A stretch of DNA of 64,000 nucleotides from Guillardia theta CCMP2712. Its lineage: Eukaryota > Protista > Cryptophyta. Position 1 is the stretch's first letter, and every line of letters begins with the position of its first letter. Below the pieces are notes generated by a model, which worked only from the letters and a program-made list of their open reading frames with translations, was not told where the DNA came from and did no database searches. Both the position numbers and the translations under genes were made by a program. Positions 11,519-22,960 of the stretch are shown piece by piece. Location of the stretch: assembly GCF_000315625.1 (NCBI RefSeq), contig NW_005434668.1:1096981-1160980 (forward strand), in the 5' to 3' direction.

Positions 11519-14500
11519 ATGGACAAGTATCAGATCAAGAGCAAGCTCGGGTAACGAGAAGACCAAGTGCGCGCACTCTCTAGATCCTAACACCGTGTCG
11601 CAGCTCTGGAGGGTTTGCGACAGTATGGCTGGTACGTGCAACAAGATAGGGGTGGTCATCGAGCGCTGACGAGCCTTTAGGGAGTGAGAAAGGCGGATGG
11701 GAAGACAGTAGCGATCAAGAAGATTGCGGTCCTGACATGATCACTCGCTCCTTCCTGCCATGATGTTGTGATGTGCAGTGCGAGAATTTCGATGATGCCA
11801 ACCAGGCGCTATCCGAAGGAAAGATGCTCTTGGAGGTAGACCCATCAGCATGCAAGTCATGGCTGTGAGATGTCTCTGATCATTCTCTCAGCTTGATCAC
11901 ACCCATGTCATCCAATACTACGACTTCTTTCTTCACCAGGAGAGAGGAGATACTGGTACTTGATCGTTGTCCTTGCCCCAGACAGCAGCGGTTCAAGGCC
12001 TCTTCTCTTACGTCATGAAAGCAGGAGGAAGGCCGAAGATGTATGTTGTGCTCGTCATGCAGTATGCTCCCGATGGTGAGGCATCAAGTCACTGCTGACT
12101 CGTCCTGCTCTTGCTCTGCGTCACTCGTTCCTCTCAGGCGATCTCTTCTCCCGCCTCGAAAAAGCGCACAAGGAGCAGCGGCATATTCCCGAGGACACCA
12201 TACGCAAATGGCTTCTCCAGGTGGACTCCAGCTCCTCCTCCTCCACCTGCTCATGGTGGATCGCAGCTCTGCAAAGCATTGGATTACATAGCCGGCAAGA
12301 GGATCATCCACAGGTACTCGATCGATCCCTCTTGCCTGGGACGATGTTCACAGCTTCATGTGACTTGTTCCTGCAGAGACGTCAAACTTGCCAACGTTCT
12401 GATAGGTAGCGACGGGCGTCTCCTGCTCCTGCTCGTCTCTTGCCTGACTTGCAGCAAGATGGCGACAACCTCAAGCTTGCAGACTTCGGCATCGCCAAGG
12501 TCCTTGAGCCACGTTGCTTCCCCTCCTGACGTGCGAACCCTCTCAGGTCATGCATGGAAAGTTCGCTCAGACCATCGTCGGGGGAACGCCGTGCTATATG
12601 GTGCTGCTGGCTTCCTTCCTCCCCTCCTCTGACAGCCCAGCAGGCGCCGGAGCTCTTGTACAAGGAGAAGTACGATACCAAGTCCGACATCTGGTCCCTG
12701 GGCTGTATGATATGGGAGCTCTCGTGCCGCTGCCTGCTGAGTCAGAACAAGGGAGTTCTTGGAGCTCAGGTCCGTCCTGTTGAAGAGGGTCGACACGTTG
12801 ACTAGTGGCGCTGCAGGTGCTCAAAGATCCTGGGAGGCTGCGGGAGATGTGGAGCAAGATGGAGCAGGTGAGAAATTGTGCGCTGAGGAGGAGGAGGAGT
12901 GAGAGAGGGAGGAAGCAGATGGGAGGAGAGGGAAGAAGGGAGAAAGCGATGAAGGAGCGAGTGAGGAAGAGGAGAGTGGAGGTGGAGGAGTAGAGGTTGG
13001 ATGGAGGAAGTGATAACTGGTTGACTACAGGCAAACCGAAGTTCCGAGCTGATTCAACTCGTCAAAAAGATGCTCCAGGTGACATTGGCAGACCCGCGGC
13101 CCCTTCAGTGACCCTTTGACGTCAGCCGGAGATCGCTGATCGGTGTACAGCGAGGTAAGGAGCGTTCCTGGCAGCTGAAAGAGGCTTACGGCGTCCGCCT
13201 TGCAACAGAGACATCCTTGAATCGAGCATGTTCAGGCACCAGAAGGAGAGGGAGCAGGTCAGCCCGTGGCTGGCTTCTCTTCCTCTGCTCCTCCTGACCC
13301 GCTAGAGCAGAAAGTAGACTCGATGACTGCTGGTATGCAAACCCTCGGCCTGACAAGGGCTGGTAAGATATTCCTCTTCGACCTTTCCCTTACCACCACC
13401 CTTCCAGTACACCTGGCCCCCTTTCCCTCTCTTGCCTGCTCAGCTCCTCCCTCCTCCCTCCTCCCTCCTCCCTCCTCCCTCCTCCCTCCTCCCTCCTCCC
13501 TCCTCCTGACGATGGTGTAGCGGGAGACACGTACGTAGCACCAAGGGAGGAGAAGCCTGTCCAAAACCAGATCGTCGACCGGCAAGTGAAGGTCAATCCT
13601 GCTTCATCTCCCTTTTCAGCCAGAGCGACGCTTTTCTGAAGACATCCTCCTCCTCCGTCTCCTCCTCCTCCTCCTCCTCCTCCTCCTTCTCGTTCCCCTG
13701 CACTTGTTTGAGTTTCTATTCTCCTCCTCTCCTCCCGTGACCTCTCCCGTGACGGTTACCTACCTGCAGAGAGATTTCCCTGCTGTGGAAGGCAACGAGG
13801 TCAGCCCTCCCCTCCCCTCTTCTCCTCTCTCCTCCTCTCTTCTCCTTCTCTTTCTCCTCCTCTCTCATCTCTTGCATCAAGAACGTGGGGTATGAAGAGA
13901 GGCCTGCGGCTAACCGAGGGAGCCTGAACAAGGCCAACAACGATCTGGGATACAAACCAGGTCTTCCTCCCTCCCTACCCAACCGTTCGTCTCCCCTCCC
14001 TCCCCCACTTCGTCCCCGTCTCCCCTCCCTTCCCCACTTCGTCCCCGCCTCGTCCCCTCCACACTGCCCTCCTGCTCTTCGACGTGCCTCTCCCTCACTC
14101 TAGTTGCAGCAGACGCGCTGTCTGACCAGGAGCTTGATCGCCTCTGTGTGGAGGCGGATCGATACCAGCAGGCAAGGGACTACGAAAGGGCGGAGAGGTG
14201 AGGGAGAAGAGAAGGGAGCGAAGGAGGGAAGACCGAACTTCGAGAGGAAGAGAGCACTGGAGATGGAGAGGAGGAGGAGGCAGGTGGGAATGGTGACTGC
14301 TGCTGCAGATGCTTCAGGAAAGCGCTCGCGATCAATCCGAGACATACGCGCAGCCTATGCAACTATGCCTACATGGTAGGAGACAAGGGAAGGAAGGAGG
14401 TTGGAGGGAGGGGTCGCAGAGAGGTCGCGGGGCAGGGAGGGCGAGGACAGAGACTGACGTGTGGATATGCTCAGCTACACGTGGGAAAGAGAGACTTTGC

Positions 14501-14878
14501 CAAGTCAGAGGAGTTGTACAAGTTGGCCTTGCAGGTCCACTACTCCCTTATGCTGCCATCATACCTCTTTCTCTCCACCCTTCCTCCCTCCCTCACCTCC
14601 CGCCTGACTTGGAGATTCCAGGTTGAGCCCAACCGGACGGCGACGCTTTGCAACTATGCCTACCTGCTCCACTCGGACCAGCGGCTGGCAGAAGCAAGGT
14701 TTGCCTTGCTTTCCTCCTCCTGCCCTTCCTCTGCTCATCCTCCTCCTGCGCAGAAAAATCTTCAAGATGGCAAAGGACTCAAATCCTGGGCATCCCTGGA
14801 TCAAGAAGGTGCGGCACTTGCTCAGTATCTCCTGCTGCTGCTGATCTTACCCGACAGAACGAGCATCTCTTCTCTTAG
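11519..14878 (+). CDS. NIMA-related (NEK-like) Ser/Thr kinase with C-terminal TPR repeats
   Basis: MDKYQIKSKLG-SGGFATV, VAIKKI, IIHR-DVKLAN, DFGIAK, GGTPCYM-APE, KYDTKSDIWSLGC. C-terminal TPR-like FRKALAINPRHTRSLCNYAY and YKLALQ-VEPNRTATLCNYAYLL. Ends NEHLFS*. Confidence 0.9.
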
Positions 14879-15599
14879 CCAGTAAATCCTCTACAGTTTC
14901 TCTTTCGAGGCTTTCCCTTCCGACTTAGTCGCGGCCATGTCACAAGGCCGATCATCCGATGGCGGAGCCATAAATCGGAACCGTCATCGTACATACTGAG
15001 ATGTCTCATGTCAAGTTGCGCATCTCCGGACTCCCGGAGGCTCCGGAGGCCCGGGAGGGCCCGGGACTGAGCAGCCGGAAGGCCGCCCGGCGCCGTGACT
15101 GCCGCCAGACTACGTTCAGGCCTCAGCCCCGATGACTCGCTGCCTGAGCTGAAGTGACTCAATTGAGAAACTCAGGATGGAGTGAAGGTCGAGACTTTCT
15201 CGAGTGAGGGACTAAGTGAGAGAGGCAAAGGTCTTAGGTCGAAGAAGAGAGATGAGGCTGGCAGATTGAAGATAAGGCAGTCACGAGGAGATTCATCTGA
15301 GATCGCACCATTTGACTTACGGCCTCCAACAAGAAAAAACTCCCAAATCACATCGATTCAGTCTGTGCAATTACAAGTATTTTAAAACCTCTCTGCCGGA
15401 CGAACCATTCACTTTGGGTAACTTGCAAAAACAAATTTTTAACATTTGGGAGGCATATTTCTACGAAACGATCTAAGTTCACCCGGTAAATGTTTATTTT
15501 AAATGAAGATACAACCCTCTTTTGGACGAAAAAATGTTATTTCAGATTTCTGACAGAAATTAAAAATTGCATGGAGGCCGTTCCTCTGCTCCTTTTCGT

Positions 15600-16025
15600 T
15601 CAGGGGGTGGGGGTGGCTCTTCTTGAAAGTACCCCTAATTTTGAGACATCTAATTGCTAAGAAGGAGGGTAGGGTACTCGGGGGAGAATCTCTCGAAGCT
15701 CCGAGTGGCTCCGCGGGGTGGGGTAGTGGGGTACTTTTTTTTAGAATGCACTTTTATTATCTTCTACAAGTGTTTTATGAAAAGTAAGGGTGGGGTACTT
15801 TAACGCTGGTTTAGAGGGGTGATTGTAGTGAGTAGCACGGGACGGCACAAAATGAGCTTGGCTTGATGCCTTGGTTTCGTACCCCCTACCCTACTTTGAC
15901 CCGTGATCTCAAGGGAAAAAGAGGGTAGTTATCTGAAAGGGTGGGGTCAGGTGTAGGCAGGCTAGGTCGGGGTGGGTATAAAGATAGGCAAGGGGTGAAC
16001 TCAGGCGCTATGCAGGGTACAGGAA
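15600..16025. promoter_or_regulatory. Dense GGGT(A/G)GGG / GGGTAC motif cluster (putative promoter region)
   Basis: More than a dozen GGGT-core motifs on both strands upstream of a purine-rich leader and the small ORF at 16358. Confidence 0.45.
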
Positions 16026-16357
16026 GGCGAGTCGAGGAGTGAGAAAGAGAAGAGAAGAGAAGAGAAGAGAAGGAGAGAAGAAAACAAGCTCAGCAAAGAA
16101 AACGAACAAGAAAACAAGGAAAGAAGCTGAACGCAGAGCAGAGAGTAGATCTAAGGACAGCGAGGGAGGACCTGACCGAAGGGAGGATACCCGTTCACGA
16201 ATTTAAGGAGACAAGTGCTACCCGGGACTTTGAATCGCATCGACCAGACATTTCGATGCTGGTTTGATCGCATTTTCGGCTTGTCAATCGTCCTCATTGT
16301 CTGCAAACTTGTGTGCTAGAGCGCTTCATTGCTCATTCTCGTCGTAGTCGCCCCACC

Positions 16358-16663
16358 ATGGAGACCAGGGAGAGAAGGTTCTCGGTCGAGTCGGCCACCA
16401 AGAAATGCAGGGCATGCTCTTCCAACTTTGCCTTCCGCACGCAGTCAGCGCCTACACTGCGGCATTATCCCATGATACCAGACACACGAATGGGGGATGC
16501 GAGCTCGGATGGGACGATCGGCATTCCCAGCCCCTCCCCGCCGACCATCCCCATGGACAAAATCAAGTCTCCTCCCCTCAAGTCTGCACAGAATTTCTTC
16601 GAGAACTTCCTGTCTCGCCCGGGATCAAACTGTTCACTTCCCCCTGGCGATTTTGTGATTTGA
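16358..16663 (+). CDS. Small hypothetical protein (101 aa, Ser/Pro-rich)
   Basis: Intronless ORF METRERRFSVESATKKCRACSS... in a strong ccaccATGg context, preceded by a probable 5'UTR intron and followed by an AT-rich 3' region. Confidence 0.55.
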   Translation: METRERRFSVESATKKCRACSSNFAFRTQSAPTLRHYPMIPDTRMGDASSDGTIGIPSPSPPTIPMDKIKSPPLKSAQNFFENFLSRPGSNCSLPPGDFVI

Positions 16664-16869
16664 GATGCGCAACGCTTACTTTCCTTTTTGTGTATGGCGT
16701 GTTGATATAAATACTTTAGTGATTGTAATGATTCTTTTGTTGATCTGGTGCTTTCATAGTAAAATTTATTTATGATATCTTGAAGTTTGCTCCCTCAACA
16801 TGGCGAGATTTGTTCATCTCGTTCCTGTCGTGTGAGATAAAGAATAATTCTACAAGCGTACTGTGACAT

Positions 16870-18416
16870 TTAAAACCCCTCTGATTCCACTGGACATGAC
16901 ATGCCTTCTGCCAACATGTTCATATCACTGTGAAGTTCGCTGTCCATGTCGTCCACCGCCATCTCCTCATCCCCTCCTGCATCGTCCGTCAGCCCCCCTC
17001 CTGACTCAAGGGAGAAGCTTCAATGGCTCACCAGGCGCCTCCTCCTCCTCCATCTGCGCGTCTAGCTCTTCCTCGAGATCAAAGTCGGCCTCCTGCTCCA
17101 GGGTCAACGAGCAAGCAGGTCAGGGGAGACCTCCTCCTCTACCTCTGCCTTCTCCGGCATGCTCTTGGAATCATCTGCAGGACCAGGCGACGCTGGAGCA
17201 GAGCGGCCGACGGCCGGAGTGCCTGAGGGGGTTGAGAAGAGGAAGAGGAAGAGGAAGGGAGAGGGGTACCAGGGTAGGAGGTGCCAGGGGTGCCGACCTT
17301 GGAGTATCCCTTCCACTCCCCCACCATTGTTTCGAGAGTCTTGAGTCTCTCCGAGTGTGAGTTGACCAGCTTCTGCGCCTCTGCCGCCAGTCGATCCGCA
17401 ACAGGGGGGAGGTTGGGGAAGCGATCCTGAAAGGAGAGTGAGCGAGGGAGGGAGAGGTGGAGGGAGAGAGAGGATCGATGCAGATAAAGTGGGGAAAGGG
17501 AGGGAGGGAAGGAGGGAGGGAGGGAGGGAGGGAGGGAGGGAGGGAGGGAGGGAGGGAGGGAGGGANNNNNNNNNNNNNNNNNNNNNNNNNNNNNNNNNNN
17601 NNNNNNNNNNNNNNNNNNNNNNNNNNNNNNNNNNNNNNNNNNNNNNNNNNNNNNNNNNNNNNNNNGGGGGAAAGGGAGGCGAGGGAGGAGGAAGGAAGGG
17701 AGGCAGTAAAGAATAAGGTGAGGGAGGGAGGGAGGGAGGGAGGGAAGGGTTGGTAGGAGCAAGGAGAGGGAGGTAGGAGAGGGGAGTAGCTGTAAGACCT
17801 GCAGGTGGTCAGGAAGGTCTCTTGCTTGCTTCTTCTTAGCGTTGTTGTAGTCCTGGATCGAACCCTTGGAGATCTTGATGAACCCTGCCTTCTCTCTCGG
17901 CCTCTGCTCCTCCTCGTGCGCATCGTTCTCGAAAAAGCCCATCTGATAGTCATGATCATGATCATAATTAGATGAGGAGGAGGAAGGGGAGGAGAAGGAG
18001 GAGAGGGAGTATTGTCAATACCTTCTCTTTCTTCTTCTTCAACCTTCTCTTCTGCTCTTGCAGCCTCTTCTTCTCCCTCCTGCTTGCTGATCAGCTCCTC
18101 CCTGCCCGTGCTCGTGCTCGTGCTCGTGCTCGTCTCCCCCCTCCTCTTCCTCCTCCTCACCTCGCGTCTGCCTTCGCTCGCTCATCGTTTTGATCGTCGT
18201 TCATGTCCACGGCCCGGGCGTTGTGTCGTGCCACAATCTTGGCGACTTCGTCGGCATTCTTGATCAAAGTATGCTGCAGCGACTTGTGATGTCCTAGCAA
18301 GAGAAGAAAGAGCAACAAGGGAGATGGAGGAGGAGGTGAATGCTAAGACAAGCAGGAAATACAGGAGGAGACGTGCACAGGATGAGAATGAGAATGAGGA
18401 TGTGGTGGAGGAGAAC

Positions 18417-18514
<98 letters not shown>

Positions 18515-21500
18515 CGATGACCACGACGATGACGACGACGATGATGAGGATATTAATCGAATGAATGAAATCGTCACCTTCCACTTGCCAGTCCCCGAGT
18601 GAGAATCAAGCTCATATCGCCACCGTCGGGCTATCGTCGATTTCCTCACCCCGACTGTGCTCGAAGGCGCAAACTCCTGCGCATGGCGGTCAGCTGGAGT
18701 CGAGCAGGGCAGGAACAAGTGCCCACGTCGATCTTGTCGTCCTCGTTCTCCTCCTCGCTCGACGACTCGGGCTCGTTCTGAGAGATCGTCTCGAGCATCT
18801 CCTGGAATATGATCTGCTTCCTCCTCGTGTAGTCCAGCTGGAACTTCTTGTCCTTGGGGTCATGCCGAGGGTTGAACATCTGATCTCTGACCGCCGGCTC
18901 TCTTGCCTTCCTGCTGCCCACCAGCAGGGAGAGGTTCAGCGGCACGCGGTGATCCGAGGAGTTGACGAAGGAGTTGGACACGTTCCAGGGGGCCAGGCTG
19001 ACGAGTTCGAGGACGCACTGAGCTGCTGTGGGGATCAACTTGACGTCGTTGTCGGCGGTGGATTCAGCGAAGCTCTTGTCCTTGACGATGTCCTGCACGG
19101 ACGAGGCGATCTCGTCCGCTTTCTGCACAGTCTTGATCCCCAGATTGCGCAGCCTCATCTGCCCCGCCTGCAGGCTCTCGAACAGACAGACGTTCTCTGG
19201 CGTGTCGGAGATCTCCATCACGTCCTTGGGGATCTCAAACCCTTCCTTGAGCGTCCAGTGCCCTCCCTCCCCTCCCTCCCTGTTGAACTGCGCGCAGTCC
19301 TTGAGCTGCTTCCTGATCGCCGTCTCCGACGTCGCCTTGAACTCATCGAACACCTCATGCGTGTGTAGGATCCCTCCTCCCTTCAGCCGGCCGTAGATGA
19401 AGTTGATAAGGTGCCGTTTCTGGTATGCCGCCTGCTCCTTGGAGTTGGGGGCAGGGACCTTGACGAAGGGATGGCACTGCCCAGCGCAGTAGAGCGAGTC
19501 GATGGGCTTCAGAAAGAACTTGTCGCCATTCTTGACGACCAGGAAGTCAGTCGGATGCGGCTCGTGCTTGGCGATCGGGGCTCTCTGCATGTTGTTCTCT
19601 AGGGCAGAAACGAACGAGTTGGCTCCCTCCGGTATGTCGCCGTAGAAGGGAGACTCTTGCTGCACGTCCAGACCGACCGGCTTGCCGTCGTTGAGATGCT
19701 CGGAGGGGATAGAGGGAGCAGGAGCATCGTTGCGGCTTCTGTAGTAGTGCCGGATCCTGGAAGCCATTCCAACGTTGGAGACGACGGGGGGGATCTGCTC
19801 GTAGTACTCGACAAGGAGCGCCTTGGAGTCCGAGCAAGTGACGTCCCGCATCTTCTTGAGCGCCTGGATCTTCTCCTCCGCTCCCTTGAGCATCTTCTTT
19901 TCCTTGGACTTCTCCGACGTCTGCAGCGGCCTGAACGTGATAACCTTGATCTTCTCCCCCTCAAACAGTCTCTGCCGGTGGAAGTTTGTAAGGTGCGCGT
20001 CTTTGACCGTGTTGCTGATGTTCTTCTGCTTCGCCGACTTGGTGCAAGGAGCGTTGAGCACCTGCGGCCGCCCGAGCTTGATCCTCGCCTTCGATCCGCT
20101 GCCTCCCTGATAGTACTGGTCGTGGGAGATGTTCAACCTCACCGACAGGTCCTCCAACGACAGGGAGTTCAGCTCGCATCGAGCGATGGTCCACCATGGC
20201 GGGATGCAGGTGTGGACATGCTCGCGCTTGGTGTGTGGCGCCATGATCACCCGCTGGGCAGAGAAGGAAGTCCCCTTCATCGCTCTCGGCAGCCGTCGAC
20301 CCTTCACGACATACTTCGAGTCCATCTTCGCTGCCTTCCTGTCTTTGTCCTGCCAGATGATGTTGAGCAGCCAGCTCCCGTCTTCCAGCGCTTGATTGTA
20401 CTCTCCTATCCTGACCGTGTTGGTGGGGTTCAACTCATCTCGCTCTATAAAGTACTTCTTCGCTTCCACTAGCCTCTGCTCAATCGTCGGCTCCTCCGAC
20501 TGGCTCTTCCTAACCCTTGATTCGCCAAGAGCCCCCGAGACCCCTCGAGCCTTCTTGGCAACGTTGTTGGTGTGATCGTTACCGTACTGAGCTTCTACCA
20601 TCATCCCGTCATCATCGCCATCAACGTCCTCGAAATCGTCACTGTCAACCTCTTCGCCCTGTCAAACGTTCTCAGCTCCTTCGTCAGGATCATTCTTGCA
20701 TTCATTCACCTCATCTCCCTCTTCCTCTTCGCGCTCACTCTCCTCCTCCGACGACCCCCAGATAATGTTGTCCTCCCACATTTGCGACTCAATCGGAGCA
20801 AGAGGTCTGAAAGCTGCAGCTGCAGGCGCCTTTGCCGCCTCCTCCTGCACCTGCTGGGCTTCAGCCTTCACCGTTTCCTCGGGCATCACCGCCTCGTCTT
20901 GCGGCAAGGCAGGGGGCAGCTCAGGCTGAGATTCGTTGAGGTCCGTGATCTTCTTTTCCTCTTCCACGTCCCCTTCATCCTTGTCTTCCTCCTCCTCCTC
21001 AGGCTCGTTCAGGCCCATGTGATAATCTCGGAACCTCAAGCTTGCAGCTGCGGCTGCTCTCCTTGCAGCCTCGTCGACGAAGCGTTCTTCATCATCGCTC
21101 ATCACTTCCATCTTGACGCTGGACGAGTGGGTGACTTTTCGGTTCTTGGACATGCGCACAGGGATGGAGGGCCCAATGTACATCTGGCTGAGAAGGAGCA
21201 GGCCGTTCTTCCTCAAGCTCGCTTCGGTGGCATGTATCAGCTCTGCTTGTATCACTCCGGCCTGAGACTTAGGAGCCTGCGGTGCGGCTGCCTTGTCCTC
21301 CTTGGATTTCTGATGCTCTTCATCTGCTTGCTCCTGCTCTTCCAGAGATTTCGCGTCTTGTTTGGCTTCATTGTCTTGATCCTTCTTGTCAGCAGCCTTC
21401 TCTTCCGCCTGTCCTTCCCCTTCCTCCTCCTCTTCATCGTAGTCATCATCAACTTTCCTGGTGCTTTGCTGCGCGGACCCTTGAGAAAGGGCGAGCGACT

Positions 21501-21792
21501 TCGCCTTTGCTACGTAAACATCTGTCTTGCTCGTATCCTCTTCCTCTTCCGCCACCTCCGTCTCTTTCGAGAAGTCGATGGCGTTAGCAGCTTTGGGGAT
21601 GTAATCTGCATCATCGGTGACCGCGGTGTCCTGCTCGGTGATCGCATCTCCAACAATCGTGCTCTTCTCCTGCCGTGTTGTCCGCACGAGACCATTGACG
21701 GTATCTTCATCATAACCATCTTGATCAACCTCAAACTTCTCGTTGATGTTTCCCAACCATATCTTCTCAAGGAGCCCCGAACTGTCTGTCAT
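16870..21792 (-). CDS. TAF1: TFIID subunit 1 (TAF1)
   Basis: N-terminal TAND-like WLGNINEKFEVD, WEDNIIW, LNISHDQYY, and the DUF3591 core (FHR, LLVEYYEQIPPVVSNVGMASRIRHYY, LENNMQRAPI, TDFLVVK, IRKQLKDCA, TPENVCLFESLQAGQMRL, LAPWNVSNSF). A 51-nt intron lies at 20659-20709. Confidence 0.93.
17566..17665. other. Assembly gap (100 N) inside a TAF1 intron
   Basis: Run of N flanked by (GGGA)n. Confidence 0.99.
18416..18547. repeat. (GAT)n microsatellite in a TAF1 intron
   Basis: About 40 GAT/GAC units. Confidence 0.95.
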
Positions 21793-22550
21793 GATGATGC
21801 AAGACTCTCGAGAGGAGGTTTAACTCTAGCTTGAGCTATTTCATCCTTGATTGTTGTGGAATCTGCAATGAAAAGCAAAGTTCAGATGTCAAGAGTGTTG
21901 AGAATTCGATTGCTTCTTGTCGAAAATCTGCATTTCATATTTTGACCTGATTCGCCCGCTCAGGCATGCCTACTTTACTGCGGTTACCTTCAAAATCTCA
22001 CTATCTCAAATATCACATTCTCCCTTGGCGACCTATTCCTCGTTTCATCACATGAGTTATTCCATGATGAGACCATCCTTATCTATTCCTTCCCTTTCCA
22101 CCCATTGACCATCATCTGTCAACAAACCGCACTCCACCCCCCTATCCACAAATCGTTACGCTCCGCATTCTGTTCATGTCCCTATATCGCTTGAATGTGC
22201 AGCCCTCCTGCTTGTCCTGTCCTTACGCAAGATCTCCTCTCCTCTCCTCTCCTCTCCTCCCCTCTCCTCTCCTCTCCTCTCCTCTCCTCTCCTCTCTTCT
22301 CTTCTCCTCTCCTCTCCTCCCTTCTCCTCTCCTGTCCTCTCCTCCCTTCTCCTCTCCTGCGTCCTCTCCTCCTCTCCTCTCCTGCCCTGCCTCCCTCCCT
22401 CCCTCTCCTCCCCTCTCCTCCCCTCTCCTCCCCTCTCCTCTCCTCTCCTCCCCTCCCGTCTCCTCCCGTCTCCTCCCCTCCCTTCCTCCCCAACCCTTCC
22501 TGGTGTCCCCATCATTGAAATTTCTGCCAACATTAGTGCGTGCAGAAAAG

Positions 22551-22700
22551 TAACGGAAATATAACGGTTAAATAACGTTGTCATCATTTTCAAAACCTAT
22601 CGTAACCGCCAAGCTAGGAATTCTGGTTGAAATCGATTCCAAGGGTCTTTGAATCGATTTGAGTCGGGATAAAATCGATTCGGATCTATTCAAATCGTCG
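22551..22700. promoter_or_regulatory. Phased TAACG x3 and AATCGATT x3 arrays in the divergent TAF1 / CBM48-GT4 intergenic region
   Basis: TAACG at 22551, 22562 and 22573. Palindromic AATCGATT at 22631, 22652 and 22673. Confidence 0.5.
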
Positions 22701-22960
22701 GGCATGCTATTGATTGTGTCCGCATGACGGAGCCAACAGTCGCGAGCAGCGGGAGGAGGAGGAGCGAGGTGGAGAGCGCGTATGGTCAAGATGAAGTGAG
22801 AATGGCGTGGTAACTTGGACGGTAGAGGACAGAAGCGGGTGCAGCGAGTACAAGGAGACATGGGAAAAGGTTCCCGCACTAGATCGCAACCCTGAATTGC
22901 AGTATCCAATGGTTGACCTGGTGTTGTTTTGATGTGATCATCGGAATGATTCGGAACAGT

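Noticed and set aside
20659-20709. In-frame TGA between two TAF1 ORFs, suggesting readthrough or selenocysteine
   Set aside because: It lies inside a canonical 51-nt GT-AG intron.
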